From contig JAFSMR010000046.1 in NCBI GenBank assembly GCA_017447805.1, forward strand, positions 14,072-78,071: DNA of 64,000 nucleotides. Reading direction: 5' to 3'. The stretch comes from Kiritimatiellia bacterium (GTDB lineage: Bacteria; Verrucomicrobiota; Kiritimatiellia; RFP12; UBA1067). Below, in pieces: positions 37,869-52,457 of the stretch. Every line of letters begins with the position of its first letter. The stretch's first letter is position 1. Both the position numbers and the translations under genes were made by a program. The notes under the pieces were generated by a model, which ran no database searches, was not told where the DNA came from, and was given only the letters and a program-made list of their open reading frames with translations.

Positions 37869-39342
37869 GGTGTGGCTCCCGTCGTTCGCAGCCCGCGCAC
37901 CACCCCAAGCAGCTCCTCAACCTTCGCCACTATCCGCTTCTGCTCCTCAAGGGGCGGAAGAGGAATCAACAGATTGCCGAGGGCGGATTTACCCATGTGT
38001 ACAATCATGCCACCGGTACAAACAGCTGCCTTCTGACTGATCATGAATGGCGAGAAAAGGAAATAAACCAATAGCATCGGATCATAAGGATGATTCGTTA
38101 CCTTGGCCAAATCACCTCCTACGACCAATCTCTCTTTGCCGAGATACGCTGTAGCCTTGGCAATCTCTATTTCGTTTTCGCCCGTTAGGGTACATAGAAC
38201 ATCACCAAACATTGCTTCACGACAGTTATCAGCAACTTCCTTCGGAACATGTGAAACCGACTGCGAGAACGAATATCCATATTCCGTGTAAACCTCTCCG
38301 TATCTTACACACTGGACACCCGACTCGACTGTCTCATTCCGTCTGATTCCTGTCCCACGAACAATATCCGATACATCCCCCAGTCTCACCCACTTCCATC
38401 CTTCTGGAATCTCGAACGGAGGGTCGATGGGCGCATCTTGGTTCTTACAGGGGGACTTATGAGAAGTCGCCGCGATGCGCTTCAAGAGTTCGCTTGCCGG
38501 TTCGTCGTTCGGGTCTTGCGGCACAAGTTTGCCGCGAATGGCAAGGTCGAGAATCTTCTTATCGAGGCGTTTCGCCGCCACCTCCAATCCTTCCGCTGCC
38601 TCGTCCAGCGAGTCTGCTATCTTGAACAGTTCCTCGATACGAGCAACTATCCTTTTCTGCTCGACGAGGGGTGGAAGAGGAATTGGCAAAGAAACAAACT
38701 TATTCCAAATAATACTTTCAACGGTTGTTCCTGATTTCTTGTACCCGGCAAGAATAATGGGTTCAAGTGCTCGTAAAACCAAGTACACATATTCCGCCAT
38801 TTCAGGCTTCCACAATGTGAGCGCTCGCTGGTCTTGATTAATTGTCAATTCGCATTTCGCAATGGCAACCGGAAATGTTCGCCGAAGTATACCACTTCGC
38901 GTGCACATTAGAATAGTATTCGGTTTTAGAATAGTTAATTCCGTCGCGCCCTTGGCCGATATCTTGATTTGGCTATCATCAATGTACTTGGTTTTCATGT
39001 CTTTCGACGTAACCCAGATTACATCCTCACCCCAGAGTGACTGGTCACCCGTAGAGGGTGTATGACCGCATGTAAAAACACCTAAACTCTCTAATCTGCA
39101 CCACGCCCATCCATGCGGCAACTCGAATGGGACTTCTTCTGGGGACTTCTCATAGGCCGCCCCATCAGAACCAGCTGTCGACCCCTTGCCTTTCTTAATC
39201 TTGCCGGCCTTTACAAGCTTCGCCTTCTCAGCCCTGATTCTGGCAAGGAGTTCGCTTGCAGGCTCGTCGTTTGGATCCTGGGGGACGAGTTTGCCGCGAA
39301 TGGCGAGGTCGAGAATCCGCCGCTTGAACTGATCTACGGCTT

Positions 39343-39346
<4 letters not shown>
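37865..39346 (-). CDS. hsdS: Type I R-M specificity subunit
   Basis: Duplicated ILDLAIRGKLVPQDPNDEPASELL, PFE.P.GW.W.RL and PLPPL.EQKRIVA around two variable TRDs. Confidence 0.95.
37878..37893. repeat. 16-bp direct repeat CCCGTCGTTCGCAGCC, upstream copy (last codons of hsdS)
   Basis: Identical to 36903-36918. Confidence 0.8.
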
Positions 39347-44680
<5,334 letters not shown>

Positions 44681-44693
44681 GCATCACGACCTT

Positions 44694-44798
44694 TCAGAGA
44701 TTTTCCCATCCAGCCTGGTTGAGCGCAGGCGTGACAAACCGATTCTTGATGTCCTCCTCGGTCATGTCCTTCTTGTTGATGTCTGATGTAAGCGGCAT
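44694..44798 (-). pseudogene. 34-aa remnant of a second HsdR N-terminus (MPLTSDINKKDMTEEDIKNRFVTPALNQAGWENL)
   Basis: Read by hand; GGAGGA RBS; TEEDIK..FVTPAL..AGW matches EcoAI-like HsdR starts; stops 14 nt before hsdR. Confidence 0.7.
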
Positions 44799-44829
44799 GG
44801 TCTTTCCTCCATTTCTTTCATCCCACCAC

Positions 44830-44931
44830 TTACCAATGGCCGAAGCGTTTGCCGCCAACTTTTCTCATGCGTTGCGCAAGCTGCCCCTTCTTATAGGTCC
44901 CTATCAAGACCACTCTATCATTCTCTGCCAT
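44830..44931 (-). other. 33-aa mini-ORF (MAENDRVVLIGTYKKGQLAQRMRKVGGKRFGHW), possible gene relic
   Basis: First ORF after the island promoter; no clear RBS. Confidence 0.3.
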
Positions 44932-44963
44932 AGCGATAAATTCTATTGTTAACTATTTGTCCA

Positions 44964-44994
44964 ATATTATACCAAATTCCGCGCCTGGGCGCAA
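44964..44994 (-). promoter_or_regulatory. R-M operon promoter; copy 3 of the 31-bp repeat
   Basis: 29/31 identical to 33933-33963; TTGCGC, 17 nt, TATAAT. Confidence 0.75.
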
Positions 44995-45024
44995 GGGGCG
45001 CTGCTTGCGCCGCGCGCCGCAGTC

Positions 45025-45114
45025 GAAGGTAGCGTCAAAATTTTGACGGTACTTTCGTCCGTGGTAGAAGGTAGCGTCAGAATTTTGACGGTACTTTCGT
45101 CCGTGGTAGAAGGT
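45025..45114. repeat. 42-bp tandem repeat (2 units plus 6 bp) with palindromic core CGTCAAAATTTTGACG
   Basis: Units start at 45025, 45067, 45109; one mismatch between units; core 45033-45048. Confidence 0.9.
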
Positions 45115-45139
45115 TGTAGAATGTTGCCAATGCCAATTG

Positions 45140-45167
45140 GGCGGCGGTCACAGGATGGCCGCCCGTC
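45140..45167 (-). repeat. REP-like hairpin related to 8623-8651
   Basis: Plus strand GGCGGCGGTCACAGGATGGCCGCCCGTC versus GGCGGCGGTCACGGGGTGAGCGCCCTAC (22/28). Confidence 0.55.
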
Positions 45168-45211
45168 GGGTGAGAACACCCGCCCCTGTCTCCCCGGCGG
45201 TGAGCGGGGCG

Positions 45212-45607
45212 TCAAAGAAAATCGGAAAGGTCAAGTTTCCATTCATCGTTTTCGAGGATGAACGGAAGAGCGTTAGGATATTCGCCAAAGCCTTCCGGGT
45301 CGTTTATATGAAGCTTCAATATGGCATTTGTGCCATCGATTGAAACGCCTTGGATATTATACAAGATATTATGGCTTTCCTCAATCATTCTATCGCGCGC
45401 ATGGCGTTTCATTTCGGGTGTTATCAAGAATGCGGAAAGTTCATTTCTGGAATTTTCCGCCAAATACGAAAGCGCCTTGTCGATATCGCCCTTCTGCGCG
45501 GCCTCGACCAAATCTTCGAATATTTTATCTGGCGTGCGCGGCGCGCATCCGGCGACTATAAGCGCCGCCGTAGCGAGCCATATCGACAATTGCCGCAAAA
45601 TCCACAT
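45212..45607 (-). CDS. Small lipoprotein, probable NTF2-like (DUF4878-type) fold
   Basis: LIVAGC lipobox, TPDKIFE..AAQKGDIDKA, IDGTNA, LENDEWKL. Confidence 0.65.
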   Translation of the reverse strand: MWILRQLSIWLATAALIVAGCAPRTPDKIFEDLVEAAQKGDIDKALSYLAENSRNELSAFLITPEMKRHARDRMIEESHNILYNIQGVSIDGTNAILKLHINDPEGFGEYPNALPFILENDEWKLDLSDFL

Positions 45608-47037
45608 CAGAATTTAAGGTCGATTTGCCAACGCACGAAGAAGGCCGGCTTATCTGTTTCGTAGTAATCGCCAGGGTTGAACAACTCCGCGAGCACATGA
45701 CCGAAAAGCTCGAATCTGCCACCGGAAGATTTATCGGCAATCCAAAGCGGGAAATCATAGCGCACCTGCGAAATGAAGCCCTTATAGTAGCCATCGCCGC
45801 CGCCTAGACCATCCTTTTCTTCCGCCCACATCGAAGAAAGAGAAAACTGCACCTTGTGACGATAACCGAAATCTACGCCGAATTGCGTTTTCAAATTAAT
45901 CATATTCGACCACCACGCGCAACCATAGAGGCTGCCATAGAGAAACATTTCAGAATCATCGATTCCCCTATACCACATAGGATCCCAAGCAGAATGCCCG
46001 CCATCCTCGTTTGCCGCATTCTTATCGCCGCTCAAGATCAGAACGCCGGTATCCCAAAACGGCCTCCAAGATTTTTCGGCCTCTTCAGATTGCTTCCACG
46101 ATGTGCCGACATAAGTCGCCCAAGCGTGAAGAGTATCGCCATCGCCATTCTTGCCGATCTGCGCCATTAATTCGATAGGCGTAGAAAATTCATTCGTCCA
46201 TCTCGGCACGAGTTTGGTTCCGATAAGATTCGTCTGACGGCGGGCATATTTCACCCCATCGCGATGATAGGCCGCGGTATTCTTCTGAATCCAGAATAGC
46301 TGGTAGTCAATGAAATCAAGTTTAGAATTCCAAATTGTGCCAAAGCCCCAGTCGTCCATTTCGCGCTCGCCGCGTCCATAACCTGTCTTTGAAATTCTGC
46401 GCGAACGCTTTGAGCCCAACCTCAGCTCTTCCTGATCATGAGTCCAGAGCGCGAACAAGTCGAGCCAGCTTTCTTCATCGACATGAAACGCCATACGCGC
46501 GATATCGGCGTAAGTCGTGCACGAGCCATCCCCTGGGGTTCCATCTACGAAAATATGATTAAGGCCATACATGCGATAGAGATCTTGACGGCCAATGCGG
46601 AAATCTACCAAATCATCGAAAAGGCCCAGTCCCTCGAGATAGAGATTGTCGATTACAGCTTCACAGGGCCATTCCTGATTTTTTGTGCGCTGCACAACGC
46701 CATAGCGAAATTCATCGGTAATACGCGTATAAAAGCGCCAATTATCGCCAGCCTTGAGCTCCATCCAGACATCCGGCCTGAAACGAAGCTGATTCTTCGT
46801 TTTGCCGCGATATACGCCTGGACGCCCCAAGACGCCGTAAGGCAATGTAGCTACATTGTGCATTATTTCTTGACGAATACGCAAATCTGCGCCGGCGTTG
46901 AATTTAAAGGGGCTTTGGGATTCGGCGAAGTCGACGCCTTGCGAGGGAGCTTCGGTTGTTTCGGAAATTTGGTTTTCGGCGCGAGCGCAAAACACTGCGG
47001 CTAGCGCAGAAAATAGAGCGATATTCTTCATGTTCAT
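45607..47037 (-). CDS. Outer-membrane beta-barrel protein (alginate export/AlgE-like)
   Basis: Signal peptide, DLRIRQE, IDNLY, IGRQDL, LSGD..WDPMW, aromatic-rich, C-terminal QIDLKF. Confidence 0.75.
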   Translation of the reverse strand: MNMKNIALFSALAAVFCARAENQISETTEAPSQGVDFAESQSPFKFNAGADLRIRQEIMHNVATLPYGVLGRPGVYRGKTKNQLRFRPDVWMELKAGDNWRFYTRITDEFRYGVVQRTKNQEWPCEAVIDNLYLEGLGLFDDLVDFRIGRQDLYRMYGLNHIFVDGTPGDGSCTTYADIARMAFHVDEESWLDLFALWTHDQEELRLGSKRSRRISKTGYGRGEREMDDWGFGTIWNSKLDFIDYQLFWIQKNTAAYHRDGVKYARRQTNLIGTKLVPRWTNEFSTPIELMAQIGKNGDGDTLHAWATYVGTSWKQSEEAEKSWRPFWDTGVLILSGDKNAANEDGGHSAWDPMWYRGIDDSEMFLYGSLYGCAWWSNMINLKTQFGVDFGYRHKVQFSLSSMWAEEKDGLGGGDGYYKGFISQVRYDFPLWIADKSSGGRFELFGHVLAELFNPGDYYETDKPAFFVRWQIDLKF

Positions 47038-47085
47038 AAAGTTCTAATCCTCAAGGGTTTAACCTTTAATCATTTTATGGCTGGA

Positions 47086-47114
47086 ATTATAGCAAATTTG
47101 CCAATCAAGGTCTA
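47086..47114 (-). promoter_or_regulatory. Promoter of the beta-barrel gene
   Basis: TAGACC, 17 nt, TGC-TATAAT. Confidence 0.55.
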
Positions 47115-47141
47115 GTGGAAAAAGAATAATTTTGATTTTGG

Positions 47142-48455
47142 CTATTCGACCTCGCAATATATTCCACCCTTGGCGCCTGACGAAAGGAAGTCCGCGAAAG
47201 GCTTGTTTTTAGGGCTGGGGACAAAATCGATCTTGGGCGAAAAACCGAGCGATTTTTCAACAAAATCTAGCGCGAAATATTCAATTGTCCTTGCCATCGC
47301 CCGGCAACTCATGACAAAATCCGTAATGCGACGCGCTTGCAAATCTACGATAATATAACAAACAAGCCCCTGGTCGCCGAATTTGTCGCGAGCGCGGAAA
47401 GTAAAGATTTTCTTCGAGTTATCTTCAAGAAGCGCCGTAAACGAAGATTCATTGCGTCTAATCGTCGTTGCATTGAACTGATTGGTCCTTTCGGCCATCT
47501 GGACGAGGCGCGGGAGGTCATCGCGAGTGGCGAGGCGAGGGCGAACTTTGATTTCAAGCGATTTTAGATATTCTTCTTTCGTGCCGAAAGCCGCGAGCTC
47601 GAGCTTTCTAGAAGCTTCGCGTGAATAATCGCTCGCGCGAAGTTTATCTTCCTCGGTTTTGCCGATATCGCCAAAAGCATATTCCTTAAGGCGTCTTAAA
47701 AGAATTGTGGCTCCTTTACTTTGCTCTTTTTTATCGCCCCAACCATTCCAAGGCACTATCGCAACAAGAGGAAGCGCCGCGCTCATCGCCAATCTTTCGG
47801 CCGGATTATCATCAAGGAAAAGAACACTATCCACCCCTAGCCCGAGCTCTTTACAAGCCGAAGCAAGATTAGCGGCCTTGGGAAGCCAATTTATTTTCCG
47901 CGCGGCAAAATCTTCATCTTTCAACGCAAAAGCTCGAGGAATAAAATTTTCTTTAGGGTCGTTTTTCGAAAGCAATACGAGCAATACGCCATTATCTTTC
48001 AATTCCTTCAAGCCTTGCTGGAATTCGCGGCATTCGCAAATTTCTGTTTCTCCATCTTCGCCTATTACCCCGCGCCAAAGCGTTTCATCGGCATCCACGG
48101 CGAGGATTTTCTTCTTGCTTCCTCGAGATAACGCGAGGCGATATTTCAACTCTTCTATCAACGCCTTAATGCCGTTTAGCGAATAAGGCATAGAGGCTAG
48201 GCGCTTCATGCGCTCGTCGAAATATCCATCTACTTCTTTGGATAATATATTATCATATTCCGTTACATTGAATATGATATCCGGCTTGAATTTATGAAGA
48301 GCGGAATTTTCATCAAGTAGCTCCTGCGGCCAAGTTCCGAATCCGGAAGGAACATAAATTTCAAAACCCTCATCACGAAAATATGGCGCCAGAAAATCGA
48401 GCGCCACATTCCCTACGAGGGCAACACGAAATTTTTTCGCGACTTGCTCGCTCAT
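47142..48455 (-). CDS. FkbH-like HAD-IIIC protein (shortened)
   Basis: VDADETLWRGVIGEDG, SKND, INWLPK, FLDDNPAER, RTNQFN, DKFGDQG, VMSCR. Confidence 0.88.
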   Translation of the reverse strand: MSEQVAKKFRVALVGNVALDFLAPYFRDEGFEIYVPSGFGTWPQELLDENSALHKFKPDIIFNVTEYDNILSKEVDGYFDERMKRLASMPYSLNGIKALIEELKYRLALSRGSKKKILAVDADETLWRGVIGEDGETEICECREFQQGLKELKDNGVLLVLLSKNDPKENFIPRAFALKDEDFAARKINWLPKAANLASACKELGLGVDSVLFLDDNPAERLAMSAALPLVAIVPWNGWGDKKEQSKGATILLRRLKEYAFGDIGKTEEDKLRASDYSREASRKLELAAFGTKEEYLKSLEIKVRPRLATRDDLPRLVQMAERTNQFNATTIRRNESSFTALLEDNSKKIFTFRARDKFGDQGLVCYIIVDLQARRITDFVMSCRAMARTIEYFALDFVEKSLGFSPKIDFVPSPKNKPFADFLSSGAKGGIYCEVE

Positions 48456-48461
48456 TGAACC

Positions 48462-49115
48462 TTATTGCACAGGTGCTACAGGAGCAGGCTGTTCAACTGC
48501 CGGTGCTTCAACGACAGGCGCTTCAACGACAGGCTGTTCAACGACTGGAGCTTCGACTACCGGCGCCTCGACTGCCGGTGCTTCGGCGGCAGTAGCTTCA
48601 GCCAAAGACTTAGCGGCAGAATCGATTGCGCCGCAAACTGCGCGCGAAGTAATCGTTGCCGAGGTAATAGCATCGATATCGCCGCCATCCTTCTTGACTT
48701 TCAGGCCAACGCCGCTCTTGCCTTCGAACTGCTTGATAAATTCAGGCTTTTCGAGATTCATTCCAAGGCCTGGAGTTTCTGCGATTGGCTTAAGGACCGA
48801 ATAGCAAACGACTGTCATCTTATCGGCTTCAAATCCGACCATAAGATTGATATCGCCGCCATATCCGTTTGGATCTGTTCCCTTTACGGCATAGCCTACT
48901 ACATTGCCTTGAGCATCTTTGCCGACGAATATATCGCCTGTTTTTTCGATTGCCTCGACGCCCTTCGGCATAACAGCCTTCGCCGCTTTCTCGGTGTTCT
49001 TAATGGTAATTTGGGCGATAGGCTCTTTCGTCAAAGTATTTACGAAGGCGAGCACACCGGCACAAACCGCAGCAATAAGCGTAAGGCTCAATACAAGACC
49101 AAGTATATTTTTCAT
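48462..49115 (-). CDS. rnfG: Rnf complex subunit G
   Basis: N-terminal TM, GYGG, ETPGLG, DAITSATITS (FMN site); E(A/Q)P(V/A)V repeat tail. Confidence 0.92.
   Translation of the reverse strand: MKNILGLVLSLTLIAAVCAGVLAFVNTLTKEPIAQITIKNTEKAAKAVMPKGVEAIEKTGDIFVGKDAQGNVVGYAVKGTDPNGYGGDINLMVGFEADKMTVVCYSVLKPIAETPGLGMNLEKPEFIKQFEGKSGVGLKVKKDGGDIDAITSATITSRAVCGAIDSAAKSLAEATAAEAPAVEAPVVEAPVVEQPVVEAPVVEAPAVEQPAPVAPVQ
48480..48585 (-). repeat. 15-bp coding repeats (E[AQ]P[AV][VP] x7) at the RnfG C-terminus
   Basis: EAPAV EAPVV EAPVV EQPVV EAPVV EAPAV EQPAP. Confidence 0.8.
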
Positions 49116-49130
49116 CGAAAAATTCTCCTT

Positions 49131-50132
49131 TTATTTTGCGCCAAACGGCTTAGGCTGGGTCCAACGGTTGATAAGCGGGCAAACGGCATTCATGATGAGA
49201 ATCGCGAACGAGCAACCTTCTGGATAGCCGCCGAACTGACGAATCAGCATGCAGAGAAGTCCGCAACCGAAACCGAATATCAGCTTACCCTTGGCAGTAA
49301 TCGGGCTTGTTACATAGTCAGTCGCCATGAAGATAGCGCCGATCATAACGCCGCCGGTCAATACTTGCATCATTGCAGGCGCGCCGCCCGCGAAGAGCGA
49401 ATATACAAAAACCGTCGCGAGGAATGTAACAGGGATATGCCAAGTAATAACCTTGCGCCAAAGGAGGTATGCGCCACCCAAGGCGAGCGCTATCGCCGAA
49501 ACTTCACCAATGCAACCGGGGATATTGCCAATTGCCATATTCCAAAGGCTCGGCACCCCGCAGCATGCGGAATTGCAAAGGCCGTGGGGCGTTGCCGAAG
49601 CAGTGGCTTCTGCCGCGAACCACGTCTTCATTGTTGCAAGAGGCGTTGCCGTGGTTATGGCATCCGGGGTTCGCCACCAAAACGGCTTGAGCCAAGTCGT
49701 CATGGGACCGGTGAATGAAATAAGCATAAATGCGCGTGCGGAAAGCGCCGGGTTGAAAGGATTCATCCCAAGGCCGCCGAATACCTGCTTCGATATGCCA
49801 ATCGCAAACACCGAGCCGACGATTGCCATCCAAAGAGGAATGCCCGCCGGCAAATTCAGCGCGAGCAAGAGGCCCGTAAGGACGGCGGAAAAATCCCCTA
49901 TCGTATTATTGCGGCCCATCGCCAGACGGCACAAGGCTTCCGTTGTGACGCATGTCGCTACGCAGACAAGAATCGTCCAAACCGCCGGCATTCCGAAGAA
50001 AAATATTCCCATGAATGTAGTCGGCAACAAAGCGATAATTACATCGAGCATCAAACGCGAAACCGAAGAATCGGCGTGAGCGTGCGGAGAGCTCGAAAGT
50101 ACGAAATGTTCCTGTGTATCTTTTGGTTTCAT
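49131..50132 (-). CDS. rnfD: Rnf complex subunit D
   Basis: SSSPH, KQVFGGLGMNPFNPA, DAITTATPL, FMATDYVTSP, GYPEG. Confidence 0.95.
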   Translation of the reverse strand: MKPKDTQEHFVLSSSPHAHADSSVSRLMLDVIIALLPTTFMGIFFFGMPAVWTILVCVATCVTTEALCRLAMGRNNTIGDFSAVLTGLLLALNLPAGIPLWMAIVGSVFAIGISKQVFGGLGMNPFNPALSARAFMLISFTGPMTTWLKPFWWRTPDAITTATPLATMKTWFAAEATASATPHGLCNSACCGVPSLWNMAIGNIPGCIGEVSAIALALGGAYLLWRKVITWHIPVTFLATVFVYSLFAGGAPAMMQVLTGGVMIGAIFMATDYVTSPITAKGKLIFGFGCGLLCMLIRQFGGYPEGCSFAILIMNAVCPLINRWTQPKPFGAK

Positions 50133-50153
50133 AATATCTTTAAGCCTCCTTCT

Positions 50154-51596
50154 CTAGTTTGCTTTGGCGCCTTCGGCCTTCTGTTTTTCCTTTTCCGCCG
50201 CCGCCTGGGCGGCGGCACGTTCTGCGGCCATCCTTGCGCGGATTGAAGCTTTCGCGCGGCGGCAGAATTGAGTAATCGTTCTGTATGCAGGGCAGCCGAA
50301 GGAGCACGCACCGCATTCGATACATGTCATTACATGCGCATCTTCCGCCGTCTTTACATCATCTGCTTCCATCGCCTTGGAAATTTCGGCAGGGTTCAGA
50401 TTCATCGGACACGCCCTGAGGCAGCGTCCGCAATTGATGCACGCCTGCGAAGAATACTGGAATACTCTTGATGGCGAGAGGAGCAATAAGCCGCTAGTAG
50501 TCTTGGTAGTTCCGATATCGAGAGTGGAAACGGCAAAGCCCATCATCGTTCCGCCGGAAATTATTTTCGCGGGCGGAATTTTTTCGCCGCCGCAAAACGC
50601 CACGAGGTCGGAATATTTCGTTCCGCAAGGCGCAAGAATATTCTTTGGCGTTGCGACTGCATCGCCCGATACTGTCGTTACGCGCTCCAAGAGAGGCTCG
50701 CCGAGTTCTACCGCATCTGAAATCGCGGCGACGGTGCCGACATTTTCTACGACGCACCCTACATCGATAGGCAGGGCCGGCGGCTCAGGGACAATCCTCT
50801 TTACCGTAGCGTAAATCTGATGCTTTTCACTGCCTTGCGGATAAAGGACAGGAAGAACTACGATTTCGACATTTCCTTCGATATCCGCGAAAGCTTCTTC
50901 CATCGCCTTGATCGCCTCGGGCTTATTAGCCTCGATTGCAATTCTCACCGCCGGCATGCCGAGGATTTTACGCATTATTTCGACGCCAAGACGAATTCTC
51001 GGCGCGCGCTCGAGCATTACGCGATAGTCAGCGGTAAGATAAGGTTCGCATTCAGCGCCATTCAAGATTAGATATTCGCATCTCTTGCCGGGCGGCGGGC
51101 TGAGTTTTACATTCGTCGGGAATCCCGCGCCACCCATTCCGCAAATACCGGCTTCCTCTACGCGTTTAAGGAGCTCTTCTTTCGTTGCGGTTTTCCAATC
51201 AAGCGGCGGAAGGATAGGTCCTTTCGGCGCACTTGGGGTTGGAGTTTCGGTACCTTCCGCCAGGGCTTCTTCTTTGGCGGTCGTATCGAGGATTACCGCA
51301 TCTGCCATACCACCGGCAGGCCCGAGGCGCTTTTCGATCGCCTTTACCTTGCCGTCGGCGCTTGCGCGAACACAGACGGAAATAAAACCATTCTTTTCGC
51401 CTATCAATTGCCCGCGCTTTACGAAATCGCCGACTTTAACAAGGCATTTCGCCGGCGCGCCTAGATGCTGACTCATCGAAATCACCAACTCTGCAGGGGT
51501 AGCGAGTTTTTCAATCGGTTGGTTGCGCGCAAGTTCCTTGTTGTAATCGGGATGCACGCCGCCTTTGAATTTAAATTGGCTCTTAACAGTCTTCAT
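50154..51596 (-). CDS. rnfC: Rnf complex subunit C
   Basis: FKGGVHP, GMGGAGFP, NGAECEPYLTAD, YPQGSEK, CINCGRC..CP, CIECGAC..CP. Confidence 0.96.
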   Translation of the reverse strand: MKTVKSQFKFKGGVHPDYNKELARNQPIEKLATPAELVISMSQHLGAPAKCLVKVGDFVKRGQLIGEKNGFISVCVRASADGKVKAIEKRLGPAGGMADAVILDTTAKEEALAEGTETPTPSAPKGPILPPLDWKTATKEELLKRVEEAGICGMGGAGFPTNVKLSPPPGKRCEYLILNGAECEPYLTADYRVMLERAPRIRLGVEIMRKILGMPAVRIAIEANKPEAIKAMEEAFADIEGNVEIVVLPVLYPQGSEKHQIYATVKRIVPEPPALPIDVGCVVENVGTVAAISDAVELGEPLLERVTTVSGDAVATPKNILAPCGTKYSDLVAFCGGEKIPPAKIISGGTMMGFAVSTLDIGTTKTTSGLLLLSPSRVFQYSSQACINCGRCLRACPMNLNPAEISKAMEADDVKTAEDAHVMTCIECGACSFGCPAYRTITQFCRRAKASIRARMAAERAAAQAAAEKEKQKAEGAKAN

Positions 51597-51626
51597 AATC
51601 TTAAACTCCCTTTATCTCGCTATTCA

Positions 51627-52436
51627 TTAGTGGCCAGACTCGAAATGAGCATCTTCAATCATGCACTTCGCAGGGCACTTGGCGACAATCATCGCATCAG
51701 TCGGGGGATTGGAATAATTGACTTTCGCGAGGAAGCCCTGGAATGTAAAGTGGCCAGCTTCCTTGCCGCCGGAATTCTTTTCGCAAAGATGGCAACCCAT
51801 GCAGCCAACCCCGCATACTTTACGGACATTCGGCCCCTTATCGGGATTGTTGCAAAGAACATGTATCGTTGCAGATGCCGGCACAAGCTCAATCAGCTTC
51901 TTCGGGCAAACTTTTACACACTTGCCGCAACCAATGCAAAGGCGTTTATCGACTTTCGCCAGGCCATCGGCTACAGAAATCGCGCCTTTCGGACAGACGT
52001 TCGCGCAAGCGCCATATCCAAGGCAACCATATTTGCACCCTTTATCGCCGCCAGCCGTCATAGCGGCCGTCGCGCAATCGCAAATACCGTTATAATCGCC
52101 GATTCTAATCGCTTCGCTCCTCGTTCCGCAACATTTGACTAGCGCTACGCGCTTTTCCGTAGCTTCAGCGGCAACGCCGAGGATTTTTGCGATAGCCGCG
52201 GCACATTCATCGCCACCCGCGGCACATGCGCCGTTGGGCGCGGTTCCCGCTACCAGCGCGCGCGCATACGCATCGCACCCCGCGAAGCCGCATCCGCCGC
52301 AATTCGCGCCAGGCAATACCGATGTAAGCATACCGATTCGAGGATCTTCGCGAACAGCGAGATATTTATCGGCAAGCGCAAGCGCAATAGCGGCGACAAG
52401 ACCAATGCCGGCAATACAAACAATAGCTATAACCAT
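51627..52436 (-). CDS. rnfB: Rnf complex subunit B
   Basis: LPGANCGGCGFAGC, CLGYGACANVCP, CIGCGKCVKVCP; GGAGG 9 nt before ATG 52436. Confidence 0.93.
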   Translation of the reverse strand: MVIAIVCIAGIGLVAAIALALADKYLAVREDPRIGMLTSVLPGANCGGCGFAGCDAYARALVAGTAPNGACAAGGDECAAAIAKILGVAAEATEKRVALVKCCGTRSEAIRIGDYNGICDCATAAMTAGGDKGCKYGCLGYGACANVCPKGAISVADGLAKVDKRLCIGCGKCVKVCPKKLIELVPASATIHVLCNNPDKGPNVRKVCGVGCMGCHLCEKNSGGKEAGHFTFQGFLAKVNYSNPPTDAMIVAKCPAKCMIEDAHFESGH

Positions 52437-52457
52437 ATCCAAAAACCTCCCAGAATA

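Noticed and set aside
44967-45215. 82-aa minus-strand ORF with PSTTDESTVKILTL repeats
   Set aside because: It overlaps the R-M promoter, the palindromic array and the REP-like hairpin; most simply a by-product of the 42-bp repeat, although its GTGA overlap with the lipoprotein stop means it cannot be fully excluded.
48465-49718. 417-aa plus-strand ORF
   Set aside because: Antisense shadow of rnfG/rnfD.
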